Virus record (IMG/VR): IMGVR_UViG_3300032270_000355
Length of the DNA: 64,000 nt
Source of the DNA: an uncultured virus (IMG/VR IMGVR_UViG_3300032270_000355)
Taxonomy: Duplodnaviria; Heunggongvirae; Uroviricota; Caudoviricetes
Reading direction: 5' to 3' (one strand)
Both the position numbers and the translations under genes were made by a program. The notes below the pieces were generated by a model. The model saw nothing but the letters and a program-made list of their open reading frames with translations, ran no database searches and was not told where the DNA came from. Numbering within the stretch: position 1 is the first letter of the stretch; the number at the start of each line of letters is the position of its first letter. Of the stretch, positions 39,462 to 46,407 are shown piece by piece.

Positions 39462-39673
39462 ATTGTTGAGAGTACTGTTGTATGTTTAAGCACGTGTTGC
39501 AAATTAGACGTTTAAGGTCATTCAGTTTCTGAACTTTGCCACCGCTCTCCTAATCGTATCGTTCACGTAGCATCAGCAAGCTACTATTTCCCAGATATTG
39601 GGCTGACTTGATAAGGATGGTTATCTTCCATAACAGTTTGGATTGCTTACTCTTTCGCACAAACTCTCAACAA
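39462..39673 (-). ncRNA. Candidate structured ncRNA closed by a 12-bp terminal stem
   Basis: attgttgagagt...actctcaacaat fills the gap between two tRNAs. Confidence 0.55.
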
Positions 39674-39750
39674 TGGTGCCCCAAGCGAGACTCGAACTCG
39701 CAAAATTTGGCTTCTAAGACCAACACGTATACCAATTCCGTCATCGGGGC
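39674..39750 (-). tRNA. tRNA-Leu(TAG), short variable loop
   Basis: 77 nt cloverleaf, CCA. Confidence 0.88.
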
Positions 39751-39757
39751 AAATGCT

Positions 39758-39863
39758 TTCTTTGCGTCGTGGTAATTATAGTACATCAGTTTACTTCTGG
39801 TTTGTGTACATCGCACCAGTTTCTCCATCACACGTACCCTCCACCCACTTGCCACGCAAAGAA
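39758..39863 (-). ncRNA. Candidate structured ncRNA
   Basis: Terminal stem ttctttgcgt...acgcaaagaa. Confidence 0.45.
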
Positions 39864-39996
39864 CTGTCGTGTTGCTAACGCTGGTTAGGTAGACCCATGA
39901 TTTAACTCATGCCCTATTCAAAGGGAGAACCATCCTACTGATCGTCAATCAGTTTCTCTCGTGCGGATCACACTAGCAGTGATTAGCTGCAGGGCT

Positions 39997-40072
39997 TGGT
40001 AGCGGGACTTGGATTCGAACCAAGGATGGCAAAGGCTTATGAGACCTCGCTGGTGACCAGACCCTTCCCGCA
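39997..40072 (-). tRNA. tRNA-Met(CAT), initiator-like
   Basis: Unpaired 1:72, GCGGGA acceptor, reduced D-arm. Confidence 0.75.
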
Positions 40073-40086
40073 TCATTTAATATATA

Positions 40087-40161
40087 TGGCTCCAGTGGCT
40101 GGGATCGAACCAACGACCAATTGATTAACAGTCAACTGCACTACCGCTGTGCTACACTGGA
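40087..40161 (-). tRNA. tRNA-Asn(GTT)
   Basis: Cloverleaf, CCA. Confidence 0.92.
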
Positions 40162-40247
40162 ATAATAAAATCGTGGCAGGTGAGGTATCTAGTCATTGTC
40201 TAGCCAACGACTTGCCCATTCTCCTTTTACTTTCCTTACCACAAAAC

Positions 40248-40322
40248 TGGCGACTCGTGGGAGAATCGAACTCCCATAAGCGGATAGACAATCCGCTGTA
40301 ATAACCATTATACTAACGAGCC
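40248..40322 (-). tRNA. tRNA-Asp(GTC)
   Basis: Cloverleaf, CCA. Confidence 0.92.
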
Positions 40323-40328
40323 AAAAAC

Positions 40329-40421
40329 TGGTGGAGCAACTTGGAGTCGAACCAAGATTGTTTACCCAGAGGGACGAGATTTACAGTCTCGGGATGCACA
40401 CGCCATAGCATCAATTGCTCC
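40329..40421 (-). tRNA. tRNA-Tyr(GTA)
   Basis: Long variable arm, CCA. Confidence 0.88.
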
Positions 40422-40427
40422 ATATGA

Positions 40428-40549
40428 TATTAGTTTAGATGACGCACTATTTGCTATGCTCAACGGGATATCCAGCTGGGTTTACCGTTTCTGTACATAG
40501 TTACTTAGAGTTGACGTTTACTCAATGGCTTACGTCACCTAAACTAATA
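40428..40549 (-). ncRNA. Candidate structured ncRNA
   Basis: 17-bp terminal stem tattagtttagatgacg...cgtcacctaaactaata. Confidence 0.55.
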
Positions 40550-40554
40550 CCACA

Positions 40555-40773
40555 TTTAATTATACTGGGATGTTTGACAAAAATAACAGTTTTGAACCTG
40601 CCCTACCATGCCGTCCATGGACTTGTTTGTCAACCACATTACGTTCCAACTTTATCCAGCGTCCTCCTGATATGATCTCAAGGTTTCGTGTAACTTAGCA
40701 GAGCCTAGCCGTCACTAGGATTTAGTTCTCTACATAAATCACCTACTGGTATTGGCAACCCAATACAATTAAA
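40555..40773 (-). ncRNA. Candidate structured ncRNA
   Basis: 15-bp terminal stem (minus strand tttaattgtattggg...cccagtataattaaa) with G.U pairs. Confidence 0.55.
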
Positions 40774-40775
40774 TC

Positions 40776-40851
40776 TGGTACTCGGTGGGGGAATCGAACC
40801 CCTCCTTCCTGCCGTGAAAGGGCAGTGTCCTAGCCGATAGACGAACCGAGC
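40776..40851 (-). tRNA. tRNA-Glu(TTC)
   Basis: Cloverleaf, CCA. Confidence 0.92.
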
Positions 40852-41066
40852 ATGGTGGTAGTTTTTAGAGAACTACCAAACTCTTGGCTGACCTTTGGTC
40901 ATTTAATGTTTCCTGCTCAGCGTTTTGCATTTCTGCGTGCTTTGCGTTTTGAAACAACCTAGTGGGAGAATGTAAGCGAGTTGCAACATTCAAGCCACTT
41001 GCCCTATGCTTTGTTTCGCAACAAAGACTCAGAAGGGACTTTTGAATTCCTAACCAACTAGACTAT

Positions 41067-41095
41067 ATTATACACCATCTAGGCATTGGTGTCAA
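41067..41095 (-). promoter_or_regulatory. Internal sigma70 promoter in the tRNA array
   Basis: TTGACA-N17-TATAAT. Confidence 0.8.
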
Positions 41096-41121
41096 CAAGT
41101 ATTTTAACTAACTTGCAACTT

Positions 41122-41195
41122 TGGAGTAGGTGACAAGAATCGAACTTGCTTCCATGGGTTTGCAATCCAGTGCCTGTCCAACTGGCTCCACCTAC
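41122..41195 (-). tRNA. tRNA-Cys(GCA)
   Basis: Cloverleaf, U73, CCA. Confidence 0.88.
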
Positions 41196-41202
41196 ATATC
41201 TC

Positions 41203-41280
41203 TGGTACCCCGAGTGAGATTTGAACTCACAGAATTTCTCCTTTTGAGAGAGACGACTTTGCCAATTTGTCCATCGGGGC
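41203..41280 (-). tRNA. tRNA-Leu(CAA), short variable loop
   Basis: 78 nt cloverleaf, CCA. Confidence 0.88.
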
Positions 41281-41283
41281 ATT

Positions 41284-41358
41284 TGGTGGGCTGAGAGAGA
41301 ATTGAACTCCCACTCGATCGATTATGAGTCGACTGCTTTACCATTAAGCTACCAGCCC
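41284..41358 (-). tRNA. tRNA-Ile2/Met(CAT), probably lysidine-type Ile2
   Basis: GGGCTGG acceptor, CTCATAA loop; third CAT tRNA. Confidence 0.75.
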
Positions 41359-41364
41359 AAACTC

Positions 41365-41439
41365 TGGCACGGCATGCAGGAATCGAACCCACATTCGTAG
41401 GGTAGAAGCCTACTGTATTATCCATTATACTAATGCCGT
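41365..41439 (-). tRNA. tRNA-Arg(TCT)
   Basis: Cloverleaf, CCA. Confidence 0.9.
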
Positions 41440-41446
41440 ATAAACT

Positions 41447-41523
41447 TGGTGCGGATACCGAGACTCGAACTCGGAGAACTCAGATTTTAAGTCTGATATG
41501 TATACCAATTCCATCATATCCGC
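41447..41523 (-). tRNA. tRNA-Leu(TAA), short variable loop
   Basis: 77 nt cloverleaf, CCA. Confidence 0.88.
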
Positions 41524-41529
41524 AAACTC

Positions 41530-41619
41530 TGGTGGAAGATCAGGGAGTCGAACCCTGTGACCCAATTCCTTGAATCTACAGTTTAGCAAACTGCTGCATT
41601 ACCGTCCTGCCCATCTTCC
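41530..41619 (-). tRNA. tRNA-Ser(GCT)
   Basis: Long variable arm, CCA. Confidence 0.9.
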
Positions 41620-41624
41620 TAACT

Positions 41625-41699
41625 TGGCACCCAATGAGAGAATCAAACTCCCAACCCAGCGTTCGTAGCACTGTGTGATATTCATTTCACCAATCGGGT
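41625..41699 (-). tRNA. tRNA-Arg(ACG)
   Basis: Cloverleaf, CCA. Confidence 0.85.
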
Positions 41700-41704
41700 A
41701 TATC

Positions 41705-41796
41705 TGGCGGAAGACAGAGGAGTCGAACCCCATCCCATTTCTGAGAACCGTGTTTTCAAGGCACGTCGCAGGACCAACCCCGCTGCATTATCTTCC
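41705..41796 (-). tRNA. tRNA-Ser(TGA)
   Basis: Long variable arm, CCA. Confidence 0.9.
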
Positions 41797-41802
41797 TTAA
41801 CT

Positions 41803-41877
41803 TGGTACATCGTGACAGTTTCGAACTGCCGACCCTCTCGGTGTAAACGAGACGCTCTACCACTGAGCTAACGATGC
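41803..41877 (-). tRNA. tRNA-Val(TAC)
   Basis: Cloverleaf, CCA. Confidence 0.92.
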
Positions 41878-41885
41878 AAAAACTT

Positions 41886-41960
41886 TGGTGGACCGAGGGG
41901 GAATCGAACCCCCAACTGTGCCTTGCAAGGGCACTGTGTTCCCAATTATACCATCAGCCC
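41886..41960 (-). tRNA. tRNA-Ala(TGC)
   Basis: Cloverleaf, G3.U70. Confidence 0.92.
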
Positions 41961-41967
41961 AAAATAC

Positions 41968-42041
41968 TGGTCTCCGATGCAAGAATCGAACTTGCGCTCC
42001 ATGGTCCCAAACCATGAGTGATACCATTTCACCAATCGGAG
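41968..42041 (-). tRNA. tRNA-Pro(TGG)
   Basis: Cloverleaf, CCA. Confidence 0.92.
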
Positions 42042-42049
42042 TAAAAACT

Positions 42050-42123
42050 TGGTGCCCCATGACAGAATCGAACTGCCGTAACCTGATTACAAAACAGGTG
42101 TAATACCATTATACTAATAGGGC
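42050..42123 (-). tRNA. tRNA-Thr(TGT)
   Basis: Cloverleaf, CCA. Confidence 0.92.
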
Positions 42124-42129
42124 GAAACT

Positions 42130-42204
42130 TGGTTCCCGATAGTGGTAACGATCCACTCGCCTATCGCTTATCAAGCGATTGCTCTACCTCTGAGCTAATC
42201 GGGA
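42130..42204 (-). tRNA. tRNA-Ile(GAT)
   Basis: Cloverleaf, atypical T-loop ATCGTTA. Confidence 0.85.
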
Positions 42205-42211
42205 CTATTCT

Positions 42212-42287
42212 TGGTGCTGCCTAGTAGAATCGAACTACTTTCCGAGGATCTTCAGTCCCCTGCTATGACCACATCAGCTAAAGCAGC
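42212..42287 (-). tRNA. tRNA-Phe(GAA)
   Basis: Cloverleaf, CCA. Confidence 0.9.
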
Positions 42288-42289
42288 AT

Positions 42290-42364
42290 TGGGGTGTCGT
42301 ATGAGAATTGAACTCATGATGACGGAATCACAATCCGTAGTTTTACCACTAAACTAACAACACC
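42290..42364 (-). tRNA. tRNA-His(GTG)
   Basis: Cloverleaf with G-1:C73. Confidence 0.9.
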
Positions 42365-42369
42365 ATAAT

Positions 42370-42443
42370 TGGTAGGAGCACAGAGAATCGAACTCTGGTT
42401 AATAGGTTAAAAGCCTACTACTTTACCACTAAGTTATACTCCC
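42370..42443 (-). tRNA. tRNA-Lys(TTT)
   Basis: Cloverleaf, CCA. Confidence 0.92.
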
Positions 42444-42521
42444 ATATAAAATCACACTTCGGATACTGTACTAAACAGAAACTATCCACCACAGGCTATC
42501 CTGCTGAAATGTATTTTTATA

Positions 42522-42595
42522 TGGCAGAGGGTACTGGGATCGAACCAGTGATGACAGAGTCAAAGTCTGTAGTGTTACCGCTACACTAACCCCCA
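42522..42595 (-). tRNA. tRNA-Gln(TTG)
   Basis: Cloverleaf, CCA; first tRNA of the array. Confidence 0.9.
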
Positions 42596-42611
42596 ACATT
42601 TGGTACGCAAA

Positions 42612-42624
42612 TTTTTAAAGAACA
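42612..42624 (-). promoter_or_regulatory. boxA (NusB/NusE antitermination site)
   Basis: TGTTCTTTAAAAA, close to the rrn boxA TGCTCTTTAACA, just before the first tRNA. Confidence 0.7.
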
Positions 42625-42665
42625 GGGCGAGATCTTATCTCATGTTGACACTATCGTCAACCCCT

Positions 42666-42705
42666 TAAAACAAAAAACCCTCTAACTTTTCAGGTAGAGG
42701 GTTTT
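42666..42705 (-). terminator. Attenuator intrinsic terminator
   Basis: AAAACCCTCTA-loop-TAGAGGGTTTT followed by TTGTTTT. Confidence 0.88.
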
Positions 42706-42730
42706 GGGAAATAAACTTTGTCTGTTTACT

Positions 42731-42856
42731 TTACTTTCCAAAACCCCCACTGTCCAACTCAATCGCAAATGTATACTGTGGGCGTGAGCATGTCCAACCA
42801 CTATTAACTAGCGGTAGATGCTTTCTGCTTAACGAGGATATCATTTTCGAGTTCAT
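42731..42856 (-). CDS. Attenuator leader peptide (41 aa, all 20 amino acids)
   Basis: MNSKMISSLSRKHLPLVNSGWTCSRPQYTFAIELDSGGFGK*; leaderless start; 3' end overlaps the antiterminator arm. Confidence 0.8.
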   Translation of the reverse strand: MNSKMISSLSRKHLPLVNSGWTCSRPQYTFAIELDSGGFGK

Positions 42857-42862
42857 TGTAGA

Positions 42863-42891
42863 ATTCTATTCTTCTTTCGGATTAAAGTCAA
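42863..42891 (-). promoter_or_regulatory. sigma70 promoter of the leader/tRNA operon (leaderless)
   Basis: TTGACT-N17-TAGAAT; ATG at 42856 is 7 nt from the -10 box. Confidence 0.8.
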
Positions 42892-42927
42892 ACTTACTTT
42901 TAATAACCTTACATTTCGTAGGGTTGT

Positions 42928-42991
42928 TATTTATATAGGAGTTTTTCATCACTACAGCACCTATTATACAGTACTATTTGATGAAAGTCAA
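42928..42991 (-). promoter_or_regulatory. Additional upstream promoters: T4 late TATAAATA (42935-42928) and sigma70 TTGACT-N17-TATAAT (42991-42963)
   Basis: Direct motif matches. Confidence 0.7.
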
Positions 42992-42994
42992 CAA

Positions 42995-43564
42995 TTATTT
43001 TAAAAGAATTGCAACTTCTTCTGGTAGGACTGGTACATCCATTCTCTCTGGATGCCACACAATACCATAAATTGGCAGTGCTTGATGTTTGAATGCTTCG
43101 ATTGTTTTGTCTGGTTCATGTATGGCAAGTGGAACCATTTGTGGACCAAGTTGTGTGATGGTTTGTCCATGATAACTATTGACAAGAACTTTCTTGCCAT
43201 CCATCATTACTTCATGCTCAGTGTTATCATGCGCAGGAATATAATCGTAACACGTACTACTACTATTCACACCACCACTCAACTCATTGACAACAAATGC
43301 TCCATGGCATATACCAAGGATAGGTTTCTTGCGTTTGATTGCATGGACAAATAAAAGATTCTCTGTAACATTTCTTGCTGCACTATCAGTTCCACCAGAC
43401 AGCACTAAACAATCAAAGTCGATAGTTTCATCAACTGTTCTTGTATTTGCATGGGGGATTAAATGATGATTGCCTAGGAAAGAATACCAGCTTCTTTCTA
43501 GGCAATCGAATAAAAAATTATTAGGAGGGATCCGAAAATCCCTCATTGAAATCAAAATTTTCAT
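42995..43564 (-). CDS. Class I glutamine amidotransferase (peptidase C26/PuuD-like)
   Basis: LSGG..PILGICHG..VNSYH..WHPE. Confidence 0.9.
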   Translation of the reverse strand: MKILISMRDFRIPPNNFLFDCLERSWYSFLGNHHLIPHANTRTVDETIDFDCLVLSGGTDSAARNVTENLLFVHAIKRKKPILGICHGAFVVNELSGGVNSSSTCYDYIPAHDNTEHEVMMDGKKVLVNSYHGQTITQLGPQMVPLAIHEPDKTIEAFKHQALPIYGIVWHPERMDVPVLPEEVAILLK

Positions 43565-43580
43565 AACAAAGAAATGTTAA

Positions 43581-44360
43581 TTAAGCAGCGAGTGCTTCCT
43601 TAGCATTAAACTCAACACATAGTTCACGATGTGGTTGACCATATCCTTCTACCATGATTTGTTGAACTTCTGGAGAAGCAGTCTTGAAATCACCCAATGA
43701 AGTGCATGAACACTCAAATAGATCCCAAACCATTTCTTTAACCAAAGACAAACATTCTGCCTGCGCTTCTGGAGTAGTAACAATTTTCTCAAGCATCAAA
43801 CGACCGATATTGCTATGAAACTTTTCGTCACGAGCAACACGATCATAACGCTTCTGAATGAACTCATCGCCAGCACATTGTGCCATTGTGTTCCAAACGT
43901 GAGAAGCACGACCTTCAGCCATGTACTGATACAAGTGCATCATGATTGGATTACCATGAGCCTCATACTTCTGGATCAAAGATGCGCCCATACGGACATC
44001 AACTTTACCATAAGTTTCCCAGATTTTTTCTAGGTTTGGCTTTTCACCAGTTAGATGCTCAAGAACTTCGTATACAATACGGAAGTGCTCAGCTTCGTCC
44101 CATGCTTGCTTAGAAAGCAAACGGCACTCTTCTGGATCTGTTAGGGCTGGTAGTTCAGAAACTTTCTTAGAAAGTTCGATCATGTTCATACGCTCGTTAG
44201 AGAGACGAATATGGAAGAAGTTTTCTAGGGCTTCTTTGTCTTTACCTTTTTCTGCAAAGAACTGACGAGTTTGGATCTCGGCAACTTTATGCAAAGGCAT
44301 GAAAGATTCCCATAGATCGTCTAAAAATTCTTTTGCTGGTTTAGCTGTAGTAGCTGTCAT
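43581..44360 (-). CDS. Ferritin-like diiron protein
   Basis: NE..DEAEHF..AEG..DEKFHS (two ExxH motifs). Confidence 0.8.
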   Translation of the reverse strand: MTATTAKPAKEFLDDLWESFMPLHKVAEIQTRQFFAEKGKDKEALENFFHIRLSNERMNMIELSKKVSELPALTDPEECRLLSKQAWDEAEHFRIVYEVLEHLTGEKPNLEKIWETYGKVDVRMGASLIQKYEAHGNPIMMHLYQYMAEGRASHVWNTMAQCAGDEFIQKRYDRVARDEKFHSNIGRLMLEKIVTTPEAQAECLSLVKEMVWDLFECSCTSLGDFKTASPEVQQIMVEGYGQPHRELCVEFNAKEALAA

Positions 44361-44426
44361 TTTTGTAATTCCTTTAAGTTGTTTACAAGTTAACGGTGAT
44401 CCAAAAATTGGCACATCACACGATTC

Positions 44427-44434
44427 TATTTATA
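44427..44434 (-). promoter_or_regulatory. T4-type late promoter
   Basis: TATAAATA on minus strand. Confidence 0.6.
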
Positions 44435-44456
44435 ACTCTTTTAAGTTAGAGTTTGA

Positions 44457-45434
44457 TTATTTTTGATTATTTTTGATTAAAACTGTATCAACCAGAGGTT
44501 GCCACTGTTTTTCACGGGACTTTACCCACTCTGCCATTGATTTAGGATTCTGTAAGTCTGTTCTTTCTAAGAGTAGATTATCATAGAAGATAGCCTTTGC
44601 TTCATCCGACTTCATAGCCTTTGTGAACTCTCTAGTGTACCATTCAACTACATCGTTTGGGGTGCCAGCTGGAAGCATAAGAGCCCACATACCTGTAATG
44701 TTGAAATTTGGTAGAGCAGTATCCAACAATGGAATTCCTGGGAATTGACGCATTGGAGGTGGAGCACTTAGAGCAATAATATTAATGCGACCATCTTTGT
44801 AAAGAGCATTTGCAACTAGAGATGGAACGATCGCATAACGAACATTACCACTAGCAACATCTACCAGTGCATCGACTGGACCTTTGTGGTCAACTCGAAC
44901 TACTCCATCTTTACCTTCTGGAAATTTAACACGAGCAGAAATACCTTCATAAACTAAACGTGCGCCACCAGATGCAGCAATAGAAACCTTATCATTCTTT
45001 AGAGAATCTAAAAATTGTTTTGGAGTTTTGGCTGGATCGTTTGGGTGTGACGCAATCACGAATGGACTAGATGCAATGTGTGTTGGGTAAACAAAACTGT
45101 CTGTAGTATAACTACGACCATTACCTTGGACTTGAACTTTGTCCATTGCTGCAATACCTGGAACTGATACATTGGTAACAGAGTAACCATCAGCTGGTTT
45201 CTTACTCAACTCCTCAGTGCCGATAACACCACCTGCGCCTGGACGATTGATGATAATAAACTTAGCACCAGTGTTCTTCTCAACTTCTTTTGCTAATACT
45301 CGGAATGACAATTCATTGACACTTCCAGGTGTCCATGCCATTATCGCTTCAATAGGTTTTGTTGGTTGCCACTGAGCGAATACAGTGGATGATACAACTA
45401 ATAAACTACCAATAACAATTGTTTTTAAATTCAT
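44457..45434 (-). CDS. Tripartite tricarboxylate transporter substrate-binding protein (Bug/TctC)
   Basis: Signal peptide, PTKPI..NRPGAGGVIG..PADGY..HKG..LPAGTP. Confidence 0.9.
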   Translation of the reverse strand: MNLKTIVIGSLLVVSSTVFAQWQPTKPIEAIMAWTPGSVNELSFRVLAKEVEKNTGAKFIIINRPGAGGVIGTEELSKKPADGYSVTNVSVPGIAAMDKVQVQGNGRSYTTDSFVYPTHIASSPFVIASHPNDPAKTPKQFLDSLKNDKVSIAASGGARLVYEGISARVKFPEGKDGVVRVDHKGPVDALVDVASGNVRYAIVPSLVANALYKDGRINIIALSAPPPMRQFPGIPLLDTALPNFNITGMWALMLPAGTPNDVVEWYTREFTKAMKSDEAKAIFYDNLLLERTDLQNPKSMAEWVKSREKQWQPLVDTVLIKNNQK

Positions 45435-45611
45435 TTGGATACTCTTTCTTCATTCGGATAATAAATGCTTCATCGGATTCATAACTATTAGACCATACCC
45501 AAATTTTCTTTAGGATAGATTTAGTTTTTTCCATATTAATTTAGTCCAGTGTTCGATGGGTGTTTGTAGATTTCTCTCAAACACCACACCTCCAACCAGA
45601 ATTCCCTAACT

Positions 45612-46331
45612 TTAAGCAGCCAATGGCTCATACTTATAGTTGTATGCTTGTTCAACAATTGCAGCTGCTTCTGGAAGATATGAAGTTCCTTTAGCAGAAA
45701 TTGCGTACAAGTCTTTACGCATTTGATTTGCCATTTCAGTGGCACGTGCTTGCGCTTCTGGAGTAGTTACTAACTGCTCCAATTTCCATTTACCAATATT
45801 GCTATGGAAACCTTCGTCACGAGCAATTTTGGCATAACGATGACTAATATATTCGTCTTCGATTGTTTCAGCCATCTGATTCCAAACTGCTTCTGCACGA
45901 CCTTCAGCAATTGTTTGATACAATGCTAGTGCCAACTCATCAGTTTGTGCTTCGTACTTATCTAACAAACTCGCACCTTTATTATGGATACGTGTTTCCC
46001 AAGATGCAGATGCTGCTTCTAAGTCAACTTCTTCACCAGTGATGTGCTCAATAACTTCCTTTACCATACGGTAGTGTTGGGCTTCATCGAGTGCTTGTTT
46101 GCTTAGCAACTGAAGTTCTTCAGTACTCATGTCTAGAGGTGCTTCTGCGATTTTCTTGGAGATTTCAATTAGATTCATGCGCTCGTTAACCATACGACCA
46201 GTAAAGTGGTCTACAAGAACTTCCTTGCTTGGTTGACTTTCGAAATATGCCTTAACCTGCATTGCGCTGGCTGTGAATAAGGCTTCGTTTGATGATGACA
46301 ATTCTTTGACAAAATCTTTAGGTGATTTCAT
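45612..46331 (-). CDS. Ferritin-like diiron protein (paralog of 43581-44360)
   Basis: NERMNLIEISKK..LSKQALDEAQHYR..AEGRA..ARDEGFHSNIG. Confidence 0.8.
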   Translation of the reverse strand: MKSPKDFVKELSSSNEALFTASAMQVKAYFESQPSKEVLVDHFTGRMVNERMNLIEISKKIAEAPLDMSTEELQLLSKQALDEAQHYRMVKEVIEHITGEEVDLEAASASWETRIHNKGASLLDKYEAQTDELALALYQTIAEGRAEAVWNQMAETIEDEYISHRYAKIARDEGFHSNIGKWKLEQLVTTPEAQARATEMANQMRKDLYAISAKGTSYLPEAAAIVEQAYNYKYEPLAA

Positions 46332-46407
46332 ATATTTTCCTTTAAAATTAATGGGCTAGATTAATCGCTGGGTCACTCAACGCTGGGATTTATATCTTAT
46401 TTAGTCA

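Noticed and set aside
40902..40988. Short ORF MLQLAYILPLGCFK... as a second attenuator leader
   Set aside because: No clear RBS or leaderless start, incomplete codon coverage, and no U-tract terminator downstream
39265..42103. ORF-track entries overlapping the tRNA array (e.g. 39265, 39667, 40439, 41079, 41192, 41857, 41885)
   Set aside because: They overlap clear tRNA cloverleaves or structured spacers and are spurious translations
38546..42600. Regularly spaced repeats suggesting a CRISPR array
   Set aside because: The repeats are tRNA T-arm/CCA motifs; there are no identical direct repeats with unique spacers
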